From: a virus
Virus record (IMG/VR): IMGVR_UViG_3300037462_000828
Location: 32,001 to 96,000 of that record
Direction: 5' to 3' (one strand)
Length of the DNA stretch: 64,000 nucleotides
A program made the translations under genes and the position numbers. Every line of letters starts with the position of its first letter. Position 1 is the stretch's first letter. Positions 17,601-25,379 of the stretch are shown here, in pieces. The notes under the pieces were generated by a model that was not told where the DNA came from, ran no database searches, and saw nothing but the letters and a program-made list of their open reading frames with translations.

Positions 17601-17885
17601 TCATCGTTGGTCGGCCCCGTAGCCGACCGCGCCGCTGGGCACGGAGGCGCGAATGCCGCGCGCGACAGCCTCGAGAGCCCCGGCGACCCGGAGCGCCGCC
17701 TCGTCGCCGACCTCGGATCGAGCCTTGCCGGGCGAGAGCGCGACGCAGTCGGGCGGGTCGCCGAGCGCGCCGTGCTCGAGCCGAAGGTCGGCCGATCCGT
17801 TCACGGGGCAGACCGTGACGACGACGCGCGGCCGCTCGAGAGTCACGCTCACCGAGCGTTCGAAGGTCAAGCGCGGCTCGCTCAC
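17601..17885 (-). CDS. hypothetical protein
   Basis: GTGA overlap. Confidence 0.45.
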   Translation of the reverse strand: MSEPRLTFERSVSVTLERPRVVVTVCPVNGSADLRLEHGALGDPPDCVALSPGKARSEVGDEAALRVAGALEAVARGIRASVPSGAVGYGADQR

Positions 17886-18529
17886 GGCGCGCTCCCGGCC
17901 GGCGCGCGGCCCTCTTCTTTGGCGGCGTAGTCGGCGAGGGAGTAGCCCGCCGGGTACCGCGCGGCGAGTTTCGCTTGGTTGGCGGCCATCGCCGCGGTCA
18001 GGCTCGAGCCGCACCACGCGAGGCCGTGGGCGACGAGCGCGACGACGCGGCCGACCGCGTCGAACACGTCTTCGCGGGTTACGTCGTTGCCCGCCGAGAG
18101 TAGGTCGCCCGCGACGGCCATCACGCGCGCGAAGAGACCGGCCGGCACGAGCACGACGGCGTTGCGCACGGCCGCCGGCGGAACGTCCGAGGCCGCGCAC
18201 CAATCATCGGCCCGGACGGTCAGGTCGCCGACGCACGCGCTAAGCGGCACGCCGATCGCCTCGGCGAGGTAGGCGCAATACCAAAGCACGTCGCCCGACT
18301 CGTCGTTGAGGCGATCGAGGTCGACGGGCCGGCCGTGAAAGGCCGACTTTTTGATGACACCGAAGAGTTCGCCCGCCTCGCCGGCGAGGCTCGAGGCGCC
18401 GTAGAAAAACCGGTAGGTCATCGGCTTCGGCTCGCGCGACTGACCCGAGCGCGTCATCGCCTCGGCTTGGTACGCGTCGAGTTCGGCCGCGTCGGCGGCG
18501 ACGCGCGGGGGCTGCGGGGTGGTCGTCAT
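17882..18529 (-). CDS. MazG-like nucleotide pyrophosphohydrolase
   Basis: LAGEAGEL...KK..FHG....ESGDVLWY and N.AKL..RYP.GY motifs. Confidence 0.85.
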   Translation of the reverse strand: MTTTPQPPRVAADAAELDAYQAEAMTRSGQSREPKPMTYRFFYGASSLAGEAGELFGVIKKSAFHGRPVDLDRLNDESGDVLWYCAYLAEAIGVPLSACVGDLTVRADDWCAASDVPPAAVRNAVVLVPAGLFARVMAVAGDLLSAGNDVTREDVFDAVGRVVALVAHGLAWCGSSLTAAMAANQAKLAARYPAGYSLADYAAKEEGRAPAGSAP

Positions 18530-18745
18530 TTCGTCGGGGTCCTTTCGTAATGCTTGCACGTGTCGCCCGGCGCGCGGGCTTTGCCGTAGAGCCGCTCGAC
18601 GGGGCCGTCGAACCAAAACCCGTGCGACTGAACTTTCGGCCGGTGCGTCGCGTCGAGCGAATAGCAGGCGCCGCCGGCGGGCCCGCTCGCGAGGTAGTGC
18701 GCGCAGCCCGAGCAGAGGCGCGGGGGCGGCGCGGCGATGGGGAGG

Positions 18746-19585
18746 CTAGCGCCTGGCACGGGCGCCCCCCTTGCTCGGGGCCTTCGCCGCGGCCGGGGCC
18801 GGCGCGCGCGCCGCGCCGTAGGGGCGCCAGACGGGCACCCCGAGGCCGCGCGCGGCGCGCACGGTGTACTCGGTCCCGTTGCCGCCCGGCAGGGCGACAA
18901 CGAGGTGCGGGCGCACGGAGGCGAGCATCATGTCGTTGCGCTCGAGGGGGGCGCGCCGCCCGGCGCGGTCGTAGTCGGCTTGCGTGACCGGAAAGCGCAA
19001 CCGCTGGTCTTGCGGAACGCCGCGCGCGTCGGCCCAGGCGTCGGCGAGTCGGTCGGCGCCCTCGGCCGCGCCGTGGGCGAGAACGGGACGAAAGCGCGGG
19101 GGGAACTGGAGCGCTCGGTAGGCGCCGGCGACGACGCGGTCGCACGCGAGGGCCGCGCCGGCGAGGTCGTCGTAGGCGCGGCCGCCCGTCACGACCCAGC
19201 GCACCTCGTCGACCCAATCGGTCGGGCGCGGGTACGGCACGAGCGGGGCCATCGCGGCGTGGTTCGGCGCCATCGACCACGATCGCAGGAGCGCCGAGAC
19301 GACGCAATCCTCCGCGACGGCGCGCACGAACGGAGATCCGCCGCGCGCGCCGAACGGAACGAGGCCGCCCTTGCCGTCGGTCCAGGCCTCGAAGAGGTTC
19401 CCGCGCTCGTCATCGACGAAGACGATCTCGCGCAGGCCCGTCGTCAAAAACGACGCGTACTGCTCGGCCGCCTGCGTGTTGGATCGCCCGGCGTACGCCA
19501 TCGCCGGGCGCCCGGGCGCGAAGGCGACAAGCGCGCGCCCGCGCACGTATTCGTCGGTAGGAGTCTCCTCGATAGATGGGGTCAC
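18746..19585 (-). CDS. YspA/DUF2493 SLOG-family protein with N-terminal extra domain
   Basis: VTGGRAY, HGAAEGAD, AP..RN..ML, LPGGNGT..TV..AR..GVPV. Confidence 0.85.
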   Translation of the reverse strand: MTPSIEETPTDEYVRGRALVAFAPGRPAMAYAGRSNTQAAEQYASFLTTGLREIVFVDDERGNLFEAWTDGKGGLVPFGARGGSPFVRAVAEDCVVSALLRSWSMAPNHAAMAPLVPYPRPTDWVDEVRWVVTGGRAYDDLAGAALACDRVVAGAYRALQFPPRFRPVLAHGAAEGADRLADAWADARGVPQDQRLRFPVTQADYDRAGRRAPLERNDMMLASVRPHLVVALPGGNGTEYTVRAARGLGVPVWRPYGAARAPAPAAAKAPSKGGARARR

Positions 19586-19635
19586 GCGGTCGGCCTTTCG
19601 TTCGTTGCGCGGCGCCGTTCGCCGCTGGTAGTTCG

Positions 19636-19662
19636 AACGGCCGGCGCGCGCCCCGCGTTAAG
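19636..19662 (-). promoter_or_regulatory. class C promoter motif
   Basis: CTTAA-N16-GCCGTT. Confidence 0.7.
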
Positions 19663-19993
19663 CGCGCCCGGTTCTTTTTGCCGAGCTCGGCCCGGGCGCG
19701 CAGGCCGGCGACGACCTCGGCGAGGGCCTCGCGCAAGAGCGTCTCTTCGACCGGCGTTCGGTCGTCGAGCCGTAGAAAATCGGTCGCATCCCATCCCGAC
19801 GCCGCGTCGAACGACGTCGCGATGCCGTCGCACACGAAGCGCACGGCCTCGTCTTTCGAGAACGCCGCGCCCTTCGGCTTGCGTCGGCCCGCACGGTCGG
19901 GCTCCGGCCGCTCGACCGCGGCGTTGAGGCAGTCGACGCACGTAACCTCGAGTTCGACCTCGTCCTCGCTCCGGTAGCACTGTGCGCAGTGGC

Positions 19994-20560
19994 TCACGAG
20001 AGCCTCGGCGCCGAGACGGGCGGCAGGGGGCCGACGGGGGCGCCGGGCCAGCGGCCGTCGCGGCCGAACGCCTCGACCTTGCGGTCGTAGATGGCCGCCT
20101 GCGCGTCGAGCGCGACGCGCTCGCGCTGCCCGTGGGGCAGGGCGACGAGGGCCCCCCGGTCGACCTCGTAGGCCGCCTCGCCGCCCGAGCGCGCCCACCA
20201 CGCGGCGAGCGCCGCGGCGAGGTCGCCGTAGGCCGCCGGGCCGAACTCGCCGCGGGGCGCCATCTCGAGGGCGGCGTCGGCGCACGCGGCCGGAAGGGGC
20301 ACGGGGCGGCAGGGGTGGAACGCCGCCGGCACGTCGGCGACGAGTACGTCGGCCGCGCCCTCGGCGAGCGCCGCGGCGAGCGCGTGCTCGTCGACGAAGA
20401 GCCGCCCCGCGCCCCCGCGCCACGCCGGCACGTAGAGGGCGCGGGCGTAGCCGAGGCTCGGCTCGTAGGCCCACGCGTCGTAGGCTAGCGCCGCGGGCGC
20501 GATCGCTTCGAGCACGGCCGAACAAGCGCGGGCGTCGCCCGCGCGCATTGTCGTCGTCAT
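19994..20560 (-). CDS. hypothetical protein
   Basis: downstream of class B promoter, purine-rich RBS. Confidence 0.6.
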   Translation of the reverse strand: MTTTMRAGDARACSAVLEAIAPAALAYDAWAYEPSLGYARALYVPAWRGGAGRLFVDEHALAAALAEGAADVLVADVPAAFHPCRPVPLPAACADAALEMAPRGEFGPAAYGDLAAALAAWWARSGGEAAYEVDRGALVALPHGQRERVALDAQAAIYDRKVEAFGRDGRWPGAPVGPLPPVSAPRLS

Positions 20561-20626
20561 AGAGCCTTCCCTTTACTTCCGCGCGGTCCCTGCGCGTCGC
20601 GCCGGCCCGGTGCCGACGCGCTATCA

Positions 20627-20654
20627 AACCTACGCCACTTGGGCGCGATGTAAA
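20627..20654 (-). promoter_or_regulatory. class B promoter/operator
   Basis: TTTACA-N16-TAGGTT; CGCC-CAAGT-GGCGTA. Confidence 0.7.
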
Positions 20655-20926
20655 GGGGGTCTCGAGGCGATCGGTCTAAATCGAGGTCACGCGGCCCGCC
20701 GCCGCGGCGACGAGCAAGGCGTTGCGGGCCCGGGCGCCGCCGTCGAGGGCGGCCGCGCTCGGGCCGCCGCCCGGGCCCGGACGGTAGGCGCCGGCCTCGG
20801 CGTAAAACCGGACGGCCCGGGCGTAGGCGTCGCGCTGGGCCCGGAGGCGGTTGCACTCGGCGGCGAGCTGACGGACGAGCGGCGGCTCGTCGGCCTCGCC
20901 CCCGGCGCCCCCGCCGCCCTCGGTCG

Positions 20927-21238
20927 TCACGACCGACCGCCGCCGCCGTGCCCGGCGACCGCGCGGGCGAGGGCGTCGAGCCCGGCCGGGCGAAGGGCGG
21001 CGCCGAGCGCGGTCTCGAGCGCCGCGGCTTGGCCCGCGAGCGCCCGGCCCCGGGCGGCCGACGCGCCAAGGCCCGCCGCGTCGGCGGCGCGGGCCGCTTC
21101 GGCGAGAACGCGCCGGGCCTCGGCGACAAGGTCGCGGGCGAAGCCGACGGCCTCGCGGCTCTCGTCGAGGCCGTCGAGGGCGGCTTGGCCGGTCGGGGGG
21201 AGGGGGGTTGAGGGGGGCATGAGAAGTAGCGTGGCCAT
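20927..21238 (-). CDS. hypothetical protein, first gene of the leftward arm
   Basis: ATG 9 nt after class C -10 box. Confidence 0.5.
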   Translation of the reverse strand: MATLLLMPPSTPLPPTGQAALDGLDESREAVGFARDLVAEARRVLAEAARAADAAGLGASAARGRALAGQAAALETALGAALRPAGLDALARAVAGHGGGGRS

Positions 21239-21247
21239 GGCTCTTTC

Positions 21248-21361
21248 TACGGCGGGAGGGGCGCCGAGATAAGCGACCCCCGGCGCGCCGTCTACGGGCC
21301 TGGCGGCGCCCCCCGTGGAAAACTGCCCCGTGTGGCTTATTGCGACGCCGCGTCGGCCGTT
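21248..21361. promoter_or_regulatory. divergent pair of class C promoters at the strand switch
   Basis: minus: CTTAT-N15-GCCGTA (21273-21248); plus: CTTAT-N15-GCCGTT (21336-21361). Confidence 0.75.
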
Positions 21362-21428
21362 GGCTCGAAACGAGCCGCCTCGCGCGCCGCTCGCGCCCGC
21401 CCCTCCCCCTAGCCCCGAGCCCGACCGT

Positions 21429-22274
21429 ATGTCCCAGACCGCCCCGGCCCCCGTACCCGCCCTCTGCCTCGTTCCCCCCCCGCCTCCCGCCCGCGCGCCG
21501 CTCCGGTCGGGCGTGCGCCCCTCGACCCCGCCGCGCGCTAGAGCCGAGCGCGTGCCCCCCGCCGCCCCCGCCCCCGTCGCCGACCCGCGGTCGATCGCGA
21601 CGGCCGAAGCCTGCGTCGGCTGCGGCCGCCCGCGCGGCGGGCCGCCGATCGCCGACCCGCGGGTACCGGCCGAGCAAACGAGCGCCTTTTGGCACTGCCC
21701 CCGGTGCCTCGCGCCGAGCTTCAAAACGCGGGCCGCGAAGCGTATTTTGGCCGAGGAGATCGTGCGCGTCGCCGACCGGGGGGAGGGCACGCTGCTCGGG
21801 CTCGCGGCCGAGGTGGCGGGGCACCTCGCCGAGCAGACCGTGCGCCGGCGGGCGCGCGCGGTCGGGGTCGGGGTCAACCCCCCGGCCTGGTCGGCGTACG
21901 AGGGGGGGCCTCACCGATGGTTCGTCGCGGCGGGTCGGCTGCTCTTGCCCTTCGTCGAGACCCACCGCACGTGGGCCGAACTCGAGGCATGGGCGGCCGA
22001 CCAGGGCTGGACGACCGAGGACGTGCGCGAACTCGTCGCGTGGCTCGCCAAAAAGGGCGACGCCGCGTACGTGCGCGAGGCCGGCCCGAGGCTGCCGCCC
22101 TGGGACGAAAAAGAACTCGGGCCCGACACGCGCGACGGGCACCCCCGGTGGTGGGTCGTCGCGACGCCCGACGACGACCCCGAGCCCGCCGCCGACGCGA
22201 CCCCGGCGTGGGCCGCTTCGCTCGGCCCGGCCGCCTTGGCGGGCGCCGGCCACGCGCCGCGGGGGGGCCGCTAG
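21429..22274 (+). CDS. hypothetical protein with CxxC...CxxC
   Basis: CVGC and CPRC; first gene of the rightward arm. Confidence 0.55.
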   Translation: MSQTAPAPVPALCLVPPPPPARAPLRSGVRPSTPPRARAERVPPAAPAPVADPRSIATAEACVGCGRPRGGPPIADPRVPAEQTSAFWHCPRCLAPSFKTRAAKRILAEEIVRVADRGEGTLLGLAAEVAGHLAEQTVRRRARAVGVGVNPPAWSAYEGGPHRWFVAAGRLLLPFVETHRTWAELEAWAADQGWTTEDVRELVAWLAKKGDAAYVREAGPRLPPWDEKELGPDTRDGHPRWWVVATPDDDPEPAADATPAWAASLGPAALAGAGHAPRGGR

Positions 22275-22561
22275 GTGCCGACCCGGAGGCTCCCGGCGCC
22301 GCCGCCCTCGGCGCGCGACGCGATGCTCGCGCGCTGGCGCGAGCAGGACAGGCAGCGGGCGCGGGACCAACGCCGGCGAAGCCGATCGGGCGCCGCGTCG
22401 CGCCCGAGCGCCGACCCGACCCACCCGCTCGGGGCCGCGCGCGTCGCCGAGCGCGCGGCGGCGCGGGCTGCGGCCCTCGCGGCGCTTGAGCCGCCGCCGG
22501 CCGACCTCTCCGAGCTTTGCGCCGACGGCGAGGCCCCGATCTGGGGCGCGCTCTACGGCGG

Positions 22562-22588
22562 CTAAACGACGCGCCCGCCCCGGCCGTA
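22562..22588 (+). promoter_or_regulatory. class C promoter motif
   Basis: CTAAA-N16-GCCGTA, ATG 10 nt later. Confidence 0.7.
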
Positions 22589-22598
22589 CCCCCGAACG

Positions 22599-23174
22599 AT
22601 GACCTCCTCCGCTACGCCCTACCCCCCCGCCGAAAGCCGCAAGCACCTTCACCCCGGCCGCTACGAGGCCCACGACAACGGCGGCGGCTTCGAGAGCGGC
22701 CGCCTCCTCGACGCCGTCACCCACTTCGCCGCGGCCCTTCAGGTCGGCGGCGTGCGCCTGCGCGCCGCCTGCCCGAGGCGCTACACCGCCCTGACCGGCG
22801 CGGCCGCCGCGGGCCCGGTCGTGCCCGCCGCCGAACTCTACCTCGAAGGCCCGGGCGGCGCCGAGGGCGCGATCGCGGTCGTACTCCTTCCCGCCTCCGA
22901 CGCCGACGTTGCCTACGCCGTCGCGTGGCTCGGCGAGCACGCCCGTCGGGCCGACGAGGCGCGCCGCCAGGCGCTCGTCTACGGCTTCGCGCGCCCGGGC
23001 GGCGAGGGCGACTGGCTCCGCGCCTCGGCCGAGGTCTCGCTCGCCCCGCCCCCGATGCGCGCGGCCGAAAACAGTCACGTGCGCTTCGTCGCCGACGGGC
23101 TCGCCCCCGACCCGGCCGACGCGCTGCCCCCGACCGAGCGGGCGCCCTCGAGCGCCGCCCGGGGGGCCGCCTAG
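22599..23174 (+). CDS. hypothetical protein
   Basis: follows class C promoter. Confidence 0.6.
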   Translation: MTSSATPYPPAESRKHLHPGRYEAHDNGGGFESGRLLDAVTHFAAALQVGGVRLRAACPRRYTALTGAAAAGPVVPAAELYLEGPGGAEGAIAVVLLPASDADVAYAVAWLGEHARRADEARRQALVYGFARPGGEGDWLRASAEVSLAPPPMRAAENSHVRFVADGLAPDPADALPPTERAPSSAARGAA

Positions 23175-23621
23175 TGCCCCGCGCCGTGCTCGTCACGTGG
23201 GCCGCGGCGGGCGGCGTCGGCCGCACCGCGGTCGTCGTATCGCGCCCCCGCGGCGGTCGCGCCGAGGTCGCGCGCCGGGCCCTCGCCGCTTCGTCGATGG
23301 CCGCCGACCTGCCGGGCTACCCGACGCACCTCTGCCGGCTCGCGCCCGCCGAGGTCTCGGTCGACGGGCGGCCCTACCGCGTCCGCTTCGACGGCGACGT
23401 GCGCCACGCCGGCCTTCGCCTCGAGCCGACGCCGTGACCGCCGCCCGCGCCCTCTACGCCCTCGGCGCGCTGCTTGTCGCCGCGCGCCGCGCCGCCTCCG
23501 AACTGCGCGCCGGCCGGGGCTTCGGCCCCCTCGCCGGGCTCGCGCGCTGGCCCTGAAAACAACTGCGCCCCGGTCTCGCGGGAACGAGCCGGGGCGCCAC
23601 GACAACGAAGGAAGTAGGTCT

Positions 23622-24152
23622 ATGACACGAAACGCACAGGATTGTCAACGGCCGAGCCGGTTTTGCATGGTGACGAGATTCGTTTTTTCGCCGTCCCTGG
23701 CCCGTCTCAGCGGCGAGGCATTCCGCCTCTGGTTCAACGCATTTGGCTTTTGCTACGAGATCGATTCGCACGGGCGCGTACCCGTCGCGTCCCTTCGCGC
23801 CGTGTCTGTCGCCCGTCGGGTCAAAGCGGCGGCGGCGGAGTTGTGCCGCGCCGGCCTGTGGCTGCGTGAGCGTGACGAATACGTCATCGCGGACTTTGCG
23901 ACTTGGTCGAGGCCGTACGACGACGCCGCGAAAGATCCGGACCTTCGCCCCGGCCGACGATACGACGTACTGGCGCGCGACGGGTTCGCTTGCCGGTACT
24001 GCGGCCGCAAGGCCCCCGAGGTGACGCTGCACGTCGATCACGTCGTGCCCCGAGCCAAGGGCGGCTCGGACGACCCGAGCAACCTCGTTGCGGCCTGCTC
24101 CGCGTGCAACCAAGGCAAAGGCGTCAAGAGCCTCGAGGGGGCCGTCTCGTGA
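23622..24152 (+). CDS. HNH endonuclease with Rep-like N-terminal domain
   Basis: RYDVLARDGFACRYCG...LHVDHVVP...GG.DDPSNLVAAC..CN.GK. Confidence 0.9.
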   Translation: MTRNAQDCQRPSRFCMVTRFVFSPSLARLSGEAFRLWFNAFGFCYEIDSHGRVPVASLRAVSVARRVKAAAAELCRAGLWLRERDEYVIADFATWSRPYDDAAKDPDLRPGRRYDVLARDGFACRYCGRKAPEVTLHVDHVVPRAKGGSDDPSNLVAACSACNQGKGVKSLEGAVS

Positions 24153-25378
24153 GCGGCGAGCCCTGGATCGCGCTCTCGGTCAAGTCGAAGCGGCACCCGA
24201 AGGTCGCGCCGCTGAGCGACGCTGCCTACCGGGTCTGGATCGCCTCGCTGCTCTACTGCCGCGAGTACACGACCGACGGCGTCGTCACGCCGGACAAGAT
24301 CCGCGACCTGATGGCCGAGGTAACGACGTGCCGCCGGCCGGCGAAGCTCATCGACGAACTATGCGCTCTCGGCCGCTGGGTGGCCAAGCCGGGCGGCGGC
24401 TGGAGCGTGCGCAACTACGCGTCGTGGCAGCAGACGCGCGAAGAGATCCGAGCCGACAGCACCGGGGCGGCCGGGCGTATGCGCGCCAAGCGGGCGCGCG
24501 ACGCGGCGAAGGGCGTCGCCGAGCCGCCGCCGCCCCCCCGGGCGCCGCTCGAAAGCGGGGTGTTTCCGTCCGAAAACGCCGCGATTACCGCCGGTAAATC
24601 GGCGGAAAATCCTGAGAAAATCGCCGAGTTTTCGGCCGAAAATCTCGGCAAAAGTTGCCCAACCAAAAACGTGCCACACGCTGTTTTTGGCTCCAAAGCC
24701 GCTTCCGTTACGGGCGTAACCTCGCGTGCGCCTTCGCGTGAGCCCGCGTCAGATCTTAGATCTCTAGATCGAGAGAGTAGAGAAGAAGAGATCCAATCCC
24801 CCCCCCTACCCCCCGCCGTGCCGGCCGAGTCGTCGGCCGGGGCCCGGGGCCCGGGGGGGGGAGGGGGTTTGCCGGTCGAGGGTTCCAAGCCGGTCGGCCC
24901 GACGCCGGGCCACGGCGGGGCCGTCCCGGCCCAGACCGCCGCCGGACGGCCCGGCGCCTACCCCCCGGCCGGCGAGGGCCGCCAAGGGGCGCCTACGGCC
25001 GACCCGGCCCCCCTGCTCGCCGGGAGCCTCGGCCCGAGCGCGGCGGCGATCCTCGCCGCCCTCGAGGCCTGCCCGGCGCTCGCCGAGATCGCCCGGCCGG
25101 CGCTCGCCCAACAGCTCGCCGCCCACGTCGACGGCGGCTCGAAACGGCTCTCGTGGGTGCTCGCCGCCATCGCCAAGGCCGGCAAGACGGCCGCGACCGA
25201 CAACGCGACCGACCAGCCCATGCCGGCCCGAACCCTCGGGCGGTTCGTCGAGGGGGCCGTCGCGAGGTGCGGCGACCCGGCCCAGACCGCGGTGGCGAAG
25301 CCCGGCGGTGCAGCCCCGTGGCGCCCAGGCGGCGGCGCGCCGTACCACGCCCCCCCCAAAACCAAGATGAGCGCCTGA
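24149..25378 (+). CDS. phage replication initiator protein
   Basis: W...HPK...LSD.A...W...L.YC....TDG N-terminal domain, low-complexity centre, directly upstream of dnaB. Confidence 0.7.
   Translation: MSGEPWIALSVKSKRHPKVAPLSDAAYRVWIASLLYCREYTTDGVVTPDKIRDLMAEVTTCRRPAKLIDELCALGRWVAKPGGGWSVRNYASWQQTREEIRADSTGAAGRMRAKRARDAAKGVAEPPPPPRAPLESGVFPSENAAITAGKSAENPEKIAEFSAENLGKSCPTKNVPHAVFGSKAASVTGVTSRAPSREPASDLRSLDRESREEEIQSPPLPPAVPAESSAGARGPGGGGGLPVEGSKPVGPTPGHGGAVPAQTAAGRPGAYPPAGEGRQGAPTADPAPLLAGSLGPSAAAILAALEACPALAEIARPALAQQLAAHVDGGSKRLSWVLAAIAKAGKTAATDNATDQPMPARTLGRFVEGAVARCGDPAQTAVAKPGGAAPWRPGGGAPYHAPPKTKMSA
24565..24800. other. putative replication origin inside the initiator gene
   Basis: AT-richer island with GAAAA(T/C) repeats and an AGATC cluster. 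Confidence 0.5.
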
Positions 25379-25379
25379 C

